Below, one piece after another: positions 25,813 to 34,030 of a stretch of DNA of 64,000 nt. Below the pieces are notes generated by a model, which saw only the letters and a list, made by a program, of their open reading frames with translations, ran no database searches and was not told where the DNA came from. The DNA comes from Minisyncoccota bacterium. GTDB taxonomy: Bacteria; Patescibacteriota; Minisyncoccia; Phycocordibacterales; Phycocordibacteraceae. Both the position numbers and the translations under genes were made by a program. Numbering within the stretch: position 1 is the stretch's first letter; the number at the start of each line of letters is the position of its first letter. Location: the NCBI GenBank assembly GCA_041663025.1, contig JBAZRE010000001.1:5912-69911 (forward strand). Direction: 5' to 3'.

Positions 25813-26672
25813 GTGAAAAACAAACGGTTATTCTTTATCATGGTGGATGCCCCGATGGCTTCGGGAGCGCCTATGCCGCATGGAAAAAATTTGGCGACAC
25901 GGCAGAATATATTCCATTAAAATTACATGAGCGGCCCATCCCAGAAGGACTCGAGGGTAAACATCTCTTTTTTATCGACTTCACCTATCCGCAGGACATC
26001 ATGGATGAGATTGTGAAGACTGCTGCGTCTGTGACGGTTCTCGATCACCATCTCGGCATACAAGAGGTTGTGGAGAGTATGCCGGATCATGTGTTTGATG
26101 AAAAACGATCTGGTGCAACTATTGCATGGAGCTATTTTCATCCCGATGTTCCCATCCCGTTCTTGTTAAAATATGTTGAAGATGCGGATCGGTATGTTTT
26201 CTTACTTCCTGATTCTCGCGCGGTGATCGCCTACGCGTATGCGCAGCGATTTACTTTTGAAGATTGGGATCATCTCGTGCAAGAATTTGAAAATGAACAA
26301 ACGCGCGCAACATTGATAGAGAAGGGTAAGGTATATGCAGAATATTTTGCAATCTTAGTCGAACAAATCTCCAAAAAGGCGATACTCGTGTCGTTTGAAG
26401 GACACACCTGTTATCTCTCAGCCGCGACTGACATGTTCAAATCGGACGTGGGGAACAATCTTGCTCACCTACATCCACCGCTTGCCATTATCGCAAACCT
26501 GCATGGCGACGTCATAAACGTGTCACTCCGGAGTGACTCCAGCGTTGATGTATCAGTTATTGCACGGAAATATGGAGGAAATGGACATCCTCATGCGGCC
26601 GCCTTTCGATTGAAGTGGGGAGACCCACTCCCTTGGGTAGTGTTAGATGAAAATGAAAATCCTAGCCATTGA
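25809..26672 (+). CDS. DHH-family phosphoesterase (NrnA-like)
   Basis: VILYHGGCPDGFGSAYA and VLDHH (the DHH motif), plus a DHHA1-like C-terminus (…GGNGHPHAAAF). Confidence 0.7.
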   Translation: MSEKQTVILYHGGCPDGFGSAYAAWKKFGDTAEYIPLKLHERPIPEGLEGKHLFFIDFTYPQDIMDEIVKTAASVTVLDHHLGIQEVVESMPDHVFDEKRSGATIAWSYFHPDVPIPFLLKYVEDADRYVFLLPDSRAVIAYAYAQRFTFEDWDHLVQEFENEQTRATLIEKGKVYAEYFAILVEQISKKAILVSFEGHTCYLSAATDMFKSDVGNNLAHLHPPLAIIANLHGDVINVSLRSDSSVDVSVIARKYGGNGHPHAAAFRLKWGDPLPWVVLDENENPSH

Positions 26673-27891
26673 AACCTCGTGTGACGAGACCGCAATTGCG
26701 ATACTCGAGTGCACTGGAGATGAAACGCATGCTGAGTTTAAAGTACTTGGGAACGCACTCCTCTCACAAATAGAAATTCACAAACAATATGGCGGCGTCT
26801 TCCCTGCCCTCGCAAAACGCGAGCACGCGAAGAATCTCGTGCCGATTCTCGAGGCAGCACTCGAGGAAGCAGAGCTATTGCATGAAGACACCCAAGCAAT
26901 CGCGGATGAGACCCGCGCCAAAATTTCAGAAATTTTGGCGCGTGAGCCCGGTCTCACTGAAACGTTTTTCGAATTCATTTCTGAATGTGAGCCTCCTGCG
27001 ATCGACGAAATCGCCGTCACGGCCGGCCCCGGCCTCGAGCCGGCGCTCTGGGTCGGTATTAATTTTGCAAAGGCGCTCGCGCTCGTTTGGCAGAAGCCGC
27101 TAGTCGCGGTGAACCATATGGAGGGACACATACTCGCCGCACTTGCTCGGCAAGAAGCACGAAGCACGAAGCACGAAGAACCAAACGAATCTCAAACAGA
27201 AAAATTGGAAATTAAAAATGTGCAATTCCCCATACTCGCCCTCCTGATTTCTGGTGGACACACGCAGCTCGTCTTGATGCGTGAATGGCTTCAGTACGAG
27301 CTTATTGGAGAGACGCGTGATGATGCTGTTGGCGAGGCCTTCGATAAGGTTGCGCGCATGCTCGCACTCCCCTACCCTGGCGGTCCTGAGATCTCCAAGC
27401 TTGCAGAAGAAGTTAGGACATCGAATGTCCTAGTTTCTGAAATAGGACATTCGATGTCCAGACCCGAATTCAAACTCCCGAGGCCAATGATCAATGAAAA
27501 CAGCTGCGACTTCTCATTTGCCGGACTAAAAACTGCGGTGTTAAATTTATTGAAAAAGATCCCCGACATAAGTGACGATGATAAGAAACACATAGCGCAC
27601 GAATTCGAAAATGCCGTCACTGATGTTTTGTGGAAGAAGACTGCGCGTGCACTTGAAGAAACTGGCGCCCAAACACTCATCATCGGTGGTGGCGTCTCGG
27701 CCAACACTCACATCAAGCGGACTTTCCAAGAAAATGTCTCCCAAGAATTTTCTGAAGTTGCACTCAAGATACCGGCGGCATCGCTCTCAACCGATAACGC
27801 TATTATGATTGCCATCGCTGGCTACTATCGTGCCTTGCGCAAAGAATTTTCAAATGATTTTGTTGCAAATGGCAACCTCCCTCTTATCTGA
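26647..27891 (+). CDS. tsaD: tRNA N6-adenosine threonylcarbamoyltransferase TsaD (Kae1/YgjD family)
   Basis: MKILAIETSCDETAIAI…NHMEGHILA…ISGGHTQL…GGGVSAN. It carries two in-frame insertions. Confidence 0.9.
   Translation: MKMKILAIETSCDETAIAILECTGDETHAEFKVLGNALLSQIEIHKQYGGVFPALAKREHAKNLVPILEAALEEAELLHEDTQAIADETRAKISEILAREPGLTETFFEFISECEPPAIDEIAVTAGPGLEPALWVGINFAKALALVWQKPLVAVNHMEGHILAALARQEARSTKHEEPNESQTEKLEIKNVQFPILALLISGGHTQLVLMREWLQYELIGETRDDAVGEAFDKVARMLALPYPGGPEISKLAEEVRTSNVLVSEIGHSMSRPEFKLPRPMINENSCDFSFAGLKTAVLNLLKKIPDISDDDKKHIAHEFENAVTDVLWKKTARALEETGAQTLIIGGGVSANTHIKRTFQENVSQEFSEVALKIPAASLSTDNAIMIAIAGYYRALRKEFSNDFVANGNLPLI
27413..27462. repeat. in-frame palindromic element inside tsaD
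   Basis: GGACATCGAATGTCC – 14 nt – GGACATTCGATGTCC. Each 15-mer is self-complementary and the two are reverse complements. It encodes RTSNVLVSEIGHSMSRP. Confidence 0.8.
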
Positions 27892-27904
27892 TATATTTTA
27901 AATA

Positions 27905-30076
27905 ATGGACGATAAATTTCTCAAACCATACAACTCCTCCGCGACCGAGTCGCGCATCTACACAGCATGGGAGAAGAGTGGCCTCTTCAACCCAGATGAG
28001 TGTGTGAAGCGAGGTTTTGCAAAAACAGATTCGCCAAAGTATTCAATAGTGCTCCCGCCACCAAACGTCACTGGGCGACTACACATGGGTCACGCGCTCA
28101 TGCTCGCTGTCGAAGACATTTTTGTTCGCTATAAGCGCATGTGCGGTTATCGCACACTCTGGACTCCAGGCACTGATCACGCAGCTATCGCGACACAATC
28201 GGTTGTTGAGAAACAAATAAAAAAAGAAGAAAACAAAAGTCGTCACGATCTCGGACGCGAAGAATTACTCAAGCGCATTGGGGTATTCGCAAACGAAAGT
28301 CACGACACTATCGTGAGCCAATTAAAGACGATGGGTGCCTCGCTCGATTGGTCGCGCGAGGCCTTCACGCTTGATGAGACGCGGAGCCGTGCAGTTCGTA
28401 CCGTCTTCAAGCGTATGTATGATGCCGGTCTTATTTATCGAGGACTACGTATTGTGAATTGGGACCCAAAAGGCCAAACAACTATTTCTGATGATGAGAT
28501 TGTATATGAAGAACGTGCCGCAAAACTCTATACCTTTCGCTACAGTAAGGACTTCCCTATTTCTATCGCGACCACACGGCCTGAGACCAAGGTAGGTGAT
28601 GTTGCTGTGGCGGTGCATCCAGATGACGCGCGCTATACGGCCTTCGTCGGCAAAGAATACGATGCGGTTTTTTGTGATGTACCGATACACATAAAAATTG
28701 TTGCTGATAAAGAAGTCGACCCAACCTTTGGCACTGGTGCCGTCGGTCTCACGCCCGCCCATAGTCATGTTGACTGGGAGATTGCTGATCGGCATCTGCT
28801 CTCGCATGAAGTAATTATCATAAACGAGTACGCGAGGATGACAGTCGCTGGGCGCCTATTGGATAAGAAAACCACTGAAGCGAGAGAGGTGGTTATTGAA
28901 TGGCTGAAGGAAGAAGGCCTGTTGGAAAAGACAGAAGATACCGTGCAAAATATCGCAACCGCCGAACGTACCAGTGGCATCATCGAACCTCTGCCGAAAT
29001 TGCAATGGTGGATCGAGGTGAATAAGCCAATTCCTGGTCGTGGAAAGACACTGAAAGAGCTCATGCTTGAGCCGGTACGTTCAGGAGCCATTAAGATCAT
29101 TCCAGAATATTTTGAAAAAACGTATTTTCACTGGATAGAAAATCTTCGTGACTGGTGCATCAGCCGGCAGATCTGGTATGGGCATCGTATCCCCGTCTGG
29201 TATCGAGGTGAAGAAATCAGTGTCGGTATTGAACCTGCTGAAGCTGGTTGGACGCAAGATGAAGATACACTCGATACATGGTTTTCATCAGGACTTTGGA
29301 CCTTCTCTACTTTAGGCTGGCCAGACGACACCGATGATTTCAAAAACTACCATCCGACCGATTTGCTCGAGACTGGCTACGATATTCTCTTCTTCTGGGT
29401 CGCCCGCATGATACTCATGACCGAATTCACGATTGGTGATATCCCTTTTAAAACAGTGTATCTCCACGGAATGGTTCGCGATGCCCAAGGGCGCAAAATG
29501 TCAAAGTCACTCGGCAATAACCTTGATCCGCTTGATATCACGGCAAAGTTCGGTGCGGATGCTGCGCGTATGGCACTTGTTGTCGGCAATACGCCGGGAA
29601 CCGACATGCGAATAAGTGAGGATAAAGTGAAGGGCTACAAGCACTTCTCAAACAAACTCTGGAATATCGCTAGGTTTATTCTAGAAAACACCGTGGATAC
29701 GCCACAAAATCATGTAGGACGTACTACGTCCTACATGAGTGATAGTGACAAAAAGATTCTTTCTGAACTTGATGTTCTCACAAAAGAAATTACAAATGAT
29801 ATTGATGAATATCGCATCTATCTAGCCGCAGAAAAAATATATCACTACGCGTGGCACGAGCTTGCAGATAAAATTATTGAAGAATCAAAACCGATTCTCG
29901 CTGGCAGTGATGTGGCCGCAAAAGAATCGCGTGCTATCCTGCTCATACTCCTGCTCACTCGCGTTCTGAAGCTCCTCCACCCCTTCATGCCCTTCATTAC
30001 CGAAGAGATCTGGCAATCTATGCCGACAAAAGATTCTGAATTCCTAATGGTTGCCCCTTGGCCAGTGGTAGAATAA
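27905..30076 (+). CDS. valS: valine--tRNA ligase (compact form)
   Basis: 723 aa. PPPNVTGRLHMGHAL (HIGH) and KMSKSLGN (KMSKS). Confidence 0.9.
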   Translation: MDDKFLKPYNSSATESRIYTAWEKSGLFNPDECVKRGFAKTDSPKYSIVLPPPNVTGRLHMGHALMLAVEDIFVRYKRMCGYRTLWTPGTDHAAIATQSVVEKQIKKEENKSRHDLGREELLKRIGVFANESHDTIVSQLKTMGASLDWSREAFTLDETRSRAVRTVFKRMYDAGLIYRGLRIVNWDPKGQTTISDDEIVYEERAAKLYTFRYSKDFPISIATTRPETKVGDVAVAVHPDDARYTAFVGKEYDAVFCDVPIHIKIVADKEVDPTFGTGAVGLTPAHSHVDWEIADRHLLSHEVIIINEYARMTVAGRLLDKKTTEAREVVIEWLKEEGLLEKTEDTVQNIATAERTSGIIEPLPKLQWWIEVNKPIPGRGKTLKELMLEPVRSGAIKIIPEYFEKTYFHWIENLRDWCISRQIWYGHRIPVWYRGEEISVGIEPAEAGWTQDEDTLDTWFSSGLWTFSTLGWPDDTDDFKNYHPTDLLETGYDILFFWVARMILMTEFTIGDIPFKTVYLHGMVRDAQGRKMSKSLGNNLDPLDITAKFGADAARMALVVGNTPGTDMRISEDKVKGYKHFSNKLWNIARFILENTVDTPQNHVGRTTSYMSDSDKKILSELDVLTKEITNDIDEYRIYLAAEKIYHYAWHELADKIIEESKPILAGSDVAAKESRAILLILLLTRVLKLLHPFMPFITEEIWQSMPTKDSEFLMVAPWPVVE
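29711..29737. repeat. perfect 13-1-13 palindrome in frame inside valS
   Basis: CATGTAGGACGTA C TACGTCCTACATG, encoding HVGRTTSYM. The core GGACGT…ACGTCC resembles the tsaD and recG elements. Confidence 0.7.
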
Positions 30077-30080
30077 ACTG

Positions 30081-30785
30081 GTGACTCTCACGACACTCGG
30101 CTATGCATTCCTCGGCGGTCTGCTGCCTTCTTTTATCTGGCTTTATTTCCTTTTGAAAGAGGATGCCAGCCATCCGGAGCCGCGTTCTCTTATTGCACTC
30201 ACCTTCATTGCCGGCATGATTGCGGTACCGCTCGCACTCCCTCTAGAACAGTACGCGAAGGATCATTTGGTAGGCGACATCTCCATCTTTACCGCGTGGG
30301 CGCTTATTGAGGAGATGCTGAAATATATAATGGTAGCGGGCCTCATATTGTGGCGAAATGCAGTCGACGAAGCACCTGATTATGTTATCTACATGATCAC
30401 AGTGGCACTTGGCTTCGCAGCCGCAGAGAATATGCTCTTTCTAATTACACCTCTTATGGACGGTGGTATTGCCAGCAGTCTATTTACGGGTAATGTGCGT
30501 TTCCTTGGCTCATCATTGCTTCATGTAGTCGCTTCTGCGACAATCGGATTTTCTCTTGCTTTCTCTGTCAGGAGTCGTCCGTCTGTACGCATGACTGCCG
30601 CTTGGCTTGGACTTATCCTCGCCATCGTGTTGCACACTGCCTTCAATACGCTTATTATCAGTCAAGGTACTTCGACCACGTTCTATGCATTTTTTCTTGT
30701 CTGGACGGTCGCCGTTGTTTTCTTCGCGGCGTTTGAAGTACTCAAATATTTCCAGTACCGTAATTTTCCTAACACCACTTTCTAA
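30081..30785 (+). CDS. PrsW-family intramembrane protease-like protein
   Basis: 234 aa polytopic protein. EEMLK (the EExxK motif), FAAAENMLF (FxxxEN) and the His in LHVVASATIG. Confidence 0.6.
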   Translation: MTLTTLGYAFLGGLLPSFIWLYFLLKEDASHPEPRSLIALTFIAGMIAVPLALPLEQYAKDHLVGDISIFTAWALIEEMLKYIMVAGLILWRNAVDEAPDYVIYMITVALGFAAAENMLFLITPLMDGGIASSLFTGNVRFLGSSLLHVVASATIGFSLAFSVRSRPSVRMTAAWLGLILAIVLHTAFNTLIISQGTSTTFYAFFLVWTVAVVFFAAFEVLKYFQYRNFPNTTF

Positions 30786-30787
30786 TT

Positions 30788-31285
30788 ATGGCTCTCAAAC
30801 ACTCATTCTTTGAACGTCTCTCTGGTAGCCCAGCAGTTGGTGACACATTCGATTCGTTTGATGACGAATTGCCAACTACACCAATACCTACGCGCAAAGA
30901 ATCGCGTGAACGTGCTGCTCGCCCAGCACCGCTTGATGACGAGCCTTCTGGTGGCGAAGGACAACTCCCAGTTGATGTACACCAGACCTCTAGCGATATT
31001 ATTATTCGCGCTTTTGTCGCAGGAGTACGTCCTGACGAACTCAGTATTTCTATAAGCCGTGACATGGTTGAGATCGAGGGTTCGCGCATTGAACGTGAAC
31101 AAACCTCAGGCTCCGATTATTTCACCAGAGAACTTTTTTGGGGTTCATTCTGTCGCACGATTATGCTCCCACAAGAAGTGGATGTTGAAGCCTCCTCTGC
31201 AAGTGCCAAAGACGGTCTCTTGACCATCATCCTCCCGAAGCTTGATAAGGCAAAGCAGACGAAATTGCGCGTGAAGGCAGGCTGA
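30788..31285 (+). CDS. Hsp20/alpha-crystallin family small heat-shock protein
   Basis: 165 aa. Alpha-crystallin domain …DVHQTSSDIIIRAFVAGV…DGLLTIILPK. Confidence 0.8.
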   Translation: MALKHSFFERLSGSPAVGDTFDSFDDELPTTPIPTRKESRERAARPAPLDDEPSGGEGQLPVDVHQTSSDIIIRAFVAGVRPDELSISISRDMVEIEGSRIEREQTSGSDYFTRELFWGSFCRTIMLPQEVDVEASSASAKDGLLTIILPKLDKAKQTKLRVKAG

Positions 31286-31348
31286 ACAAAAAACAAGATC
31301 TAACCTTTAAGTCAGATTCCCAAGGTTGAACCTTGTTTTTTGTTCGTG

Positions 31349-31425
31349 TGGTGCTTGGGCCCGGAAGTGCGCCGGGGACCTTCGCTTCTTCAGAGCGACG
31401 CTCTAACTAACTGAGCTACCCAAGC
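31349..31425 (-). tRNA. tRNA-Phe (anticodon GAA) with a non-canonical T-loop; CCA encoded
   Basis: Reverse complement is GCTTGGGTAGCTCAGTTAGTTAGAGCGTCGCTCTGAAGAAGCGAAGGTCCCCGGCGCACTTCCGGGCCCAAGCACCA. The acceptor, D-arm and anticodon arm are canonical. The T-stem CCCGG/CCGGG encloses the loop CGCACTT rather than TTCRANY. Confidence 0.6.
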
Positions 31426-31433
31426 AATGCGGG

Positions 31434-31727
31434 CTACTTCCCCGCTGTATAAGAGTTTATCAGCTTTTGCAGCTCAGCGGAAGTCGGGAGACCAAGGAAT
31501 CCGGAGGTCGTTGTGGTGGACATCCCAGCGGCCGAAGAAATCTTCGTGACGATTGGCTCGAGGTATTCGCGATAAAGATAGAGTGGTAGGGCGAGCACAA
31601 CAATCCATACGATAATCGTGCTAAAAAAGCCCATCCACTGCCCGCGTCTGATGGCACGAAGCATTCGGTGATTATCTTTTGCAAGTGCGTGGGTCTCATC
31701 TAACAATCGTCGTGTTTCTTCATCCAT
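31434..31727 (-). CDS. hypothetical small membrane protein
   Basis: 97 aa with one TM helix (MGFFSTIIVWIVVLALPLYLY). Confidence 0.4.
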   Translation of the reverse strand: MDEETRRLLDETHALAKDNHRMLRAIRRGQWMGFFSTIIVWIVVLALPLYLYREYLEPIVTKISSAAGMSTTTTSGFLGLPTSAELQKLINSYTAGK

Positions 31728-31794
31728 ATATCCAGTATTCTATCATTGAAAAAGAAAGGGCGGCCGCCGGTTATTCACCAGTGACCGCCATCAT

Positions 31795-32331
31795 CTAATC
31801 CTTCGGAAGCGGAATCCTGTAGACAGCTTCGGGATCGAAGATTCCTCTCTCGCAACCAAAAGTCCTTGCTTCCATGAATTTTTCTTCCCATAATGCTTTT
31901 GCTTCCTTGACAGCCTTAACTCCATCATTAGCGGTGGTTGCCGTTTTCATAGGGATTCTCTCATCTTCGGAAAGATGGCTAACAAAGCCATCTCCCGACA
32001 GGAGTCTGTGTTTGTGTTCCAGATACCATTTCCCATTCCCCATACTTTCGTCTTTCTTCTCCGTTTTTTCTTGTACTTCAGGTTCGATGTCCTGCCCGAG
32101 AAGCCATGTCTTGATCTTCTCTGCATCCTCGGCAGTGTAGTGACCGACAAAAGATTGAGGATTCGATGTACAGAACGTACCTCTGCTAAGTCCCGACCAC
32201 TCGTAGATACCCTCAACTGATACGAAGTAATAGAGTTCGTCGAGAAGTCCTCTTCCGTCAGATTTACACTCTTCTTCAATTTCGATAAGTATCTGCACTA
32301 TCGGGTTGATCGAACATTTTATTTTTGCCAT
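31795..32331 (-). CDS. hypothetical protein
   Basis: 178 aa, acidic, with no recognisable motifs. Confidence 0.4.
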   Translation of the reverse strand: MAKIKCSINPIVQILIEIEEECKSDGRGLLDELYYFVSVEGIYEWSGLSRGTFCTSNPQSFVGHYTAEDAEKIKTWLLGQDIEPEVQEKTEKKDESMGNGKWYLEHKHRLLSGDGFVSHLSEDERIPMKTATTANDGVKAVKEAKALWEEKFMEARTFGCERGIFDPEAVYRIPLPKD

Positions 32332-32426
32332 TTTATACTCCTTTCTGTTGATGGTTTAGCTTCTACAAAAGACCCTTCCAATCCGAAAAGACGTTAGCAC
32401 GAGCTATATATAAAGTAAAGGTTTTG

Positions 32427-32499
32427 TGCCCCCTCCGGGAGTCGAACCTGGATCAGCTCGTTAGGAGTGAGCCGTTCTATCCATTGAACTAAGAGGGCA
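32427..32499 (-). tRNA. tRNA-Arg (anticodon CCU)
   Basis: Reverse complement GCCCTCTTAGTTCAATGGATAGAACGGCTCACTCCTAACGAGCTGATCCAGGTTCGACTCCCGGAGGGGGCA. T-loop TTCGACT and anticodon loop CTCCTAA. There are A-C mismatches at 31-39 and in the T-stem. Confidence 0.6.
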
Positions 32500-32502
32500 A
32501 TT

Positions 32503-32739
32503 TTAGATACCGAGTGTGCTGGCGAGCTTCTCTCTATCAAAACCGACGATTAGCGTATCACCAACTGAGATGACCGGCACACCCATCTGACCAGACTTCT
32601 GGATCATCTCCTGTCGCCTCTCCAGATCGTGTGCCACGTCATATTCAGTATAGGTAATTCCCTTCTCCTTCAAGAAGTCCTTGGCGAGCTGGCAGAAGTG
32701 GCAGGTCGGTGTGCTATAGATAGTGACGGTTTTGTCCAT
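32503..32739 (-). CDS. glutaredoxin-like protein (NrdH-type redoxin)
   Basis: 78 aa. VTIYSTPTCHFCQLAKDFL…GVPVI, a CxxC thioredoxin fold. Confidence 0.75.
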   Translation of the reverse strand: MDKTVTIYSTPTCHFCQLAKDFLKEKGITYTEYDVAHDLERRQEMIQKSGQMGVPVISVGDTLIVGFDREKLASTLGI

Positions 32740-32931
32740 AATATTTGAGTTAGTGTGCTGAGTATATCACTTTGTGCGGAATATGAGAACCGGCGATTAC
32801 GCCTTCGTTCGTCTGTACAGGGTTAAAGAAAACAGGCAAAATTAGTAATACACCAATACCTCCCCTCTTCATGAAACCCTCCTTGTGTGAGTCACACCTA
32901 AATTAAGGCTGGTTATATCCCTCTATAAATA

Positions 32932-33528
32932 CTATTGTCCCTCTATGAAGTTGAAAGTTGAGATAATTTTATTATGGATATCACTGTTTACACCTCTTAA
33001 CTTATAACTAATATCATTCTTTCGTAAAAAATAGAAAAGGTCATCAACTCCAATAGCATTGGTTAAAACTAATTTAAACGCTTTGACACCTCCTAAGTAA
33101 ATTTCTTTTTCTTCTAAAACCGTAGTTAAACTATCTCTACTTTTTAGGCTTCTTATCTCTTCTTCCAATTTATTATTTAGCACTCTCACAAAAACACCCG
33201 TTGCCCTATATTCCGAATTCGCACCCATAAAAACATTACCCAGGTCCGTCTGGTCTATTTGGTAATTATTGGGATATTTAATCTCGTAACCATATTTTTC
33301 ATTCCGATAAACATTCCAGTTTGAAGTATCTATCCCCGAAGTTTCATCTTTTATGGGTTCTGTTGTGCTTGCAGTTGGACCTTCTTTCGGCGTTTCTTTA
33401 CCGTTAAACGAAATTTGGTTTGGCTGAAAATTAACTTTTTGGGTCTCATACCAAACTCCGACAACGATAACCGACAACGTGAGAATGGAAATTACTAAAA
33501 CTGGTGCTTTTGAAGGGTATGCTGTCAT
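32932..33528 (-). CDS. hypothetical secreted/anchored protein
   Basis: 198 aa with an N-terminal TM or signal anchor, then a Thr/Asn-rich region. Confidence 0.4.
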   Translation of the reverse strand: MTAYPSKAPVLVISILTLSVIVVGVWYETQKVNFQPNQISFNGKETPKEGPTASTTEPIKDETSGIDTSNWNVYRNEKYGYEIKYPNNYQIDQTDLGNVFMGANSEYRATGVFVRVLNNKLEEEIRSLKSRDSLTTVLEEKEIYLGGVKAFKLVLTNAIGVDDLFYFLRKNDISYKLRGVNSDIHNKIISTFNFIEGQ

Positions 33529-33617
33529 GGGTTTATTTATTTTAAATATAGGTCCAAATCACAAAGAAGTCAAAATGTACCAGGGATGGGAGAATTTAGC
33601 TATTTAGACAATATTTG

Positions 33618-33689
33618 TGCGGGTACCGGGAATCGAACCCGGGTCTCAACCTTGGGAAGGTCGCGTTCTGCCACTAAACCATACCCGCT
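33618..33689 (-). tRNA. tRNA-Gly (anticodon CCC)
   Basis: Reverse complement GCGGGTATGGTTTAGTGGCAGAACGCGACCTTCCCAAGGTTGAGACCCGGGTTCGATTCCCGGTACCCGCA. Confidence 0.85.
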
Positions 33690-34030
33690 TATTTGAACCA
33701 ATTAATAACTCTTTGCCACCATGAGGGCACTGTGGTGGGTGCGCTCGTTGCCGGTGGCACCACCACAATAACCTCTTCTCCAGGTCGTGCAACACCGAAG
33801 GCCGATCGGACGGCAGCATCCTCGCCACGTTCCGTAGCAATTGCGGCGAGATTCGCCTCAAGCATCTTCTTGCGCTCTTCGAGCGCCTGATACTGTCGTT
33901 CTGCGCTGTTCGCTTGCGATACGGCCACCTCAGCCTTCCCTGCAAGCCCCCAGATAAGTGACGCCAACCAAAAAATGACCAACAAAAGGACACTTATCAG
34001 AACACCTTGCCGTAATTGCTTCGCGCGCAT
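33689..34030 (-). CDS. septum-formation-initiator-like protein (FtsB/DivIC-like: TM plus coiled coil)
   Basis: 113 aa with an N-terminal TM helix, then a heptad-like region (ERQYQALEERKKMLEANLAAI). Confidence 0.4.
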   Translation of the reverse strand: MRAKQLRQGVLISVLLLVIFWLASLIWGLAGKAEVAVSQANSAERQYQALEERKKMLEANLAAIATERGEDAAVRSAFGVARPGEEVIVVVPPATSAPTTVPSWWQRVINWFK

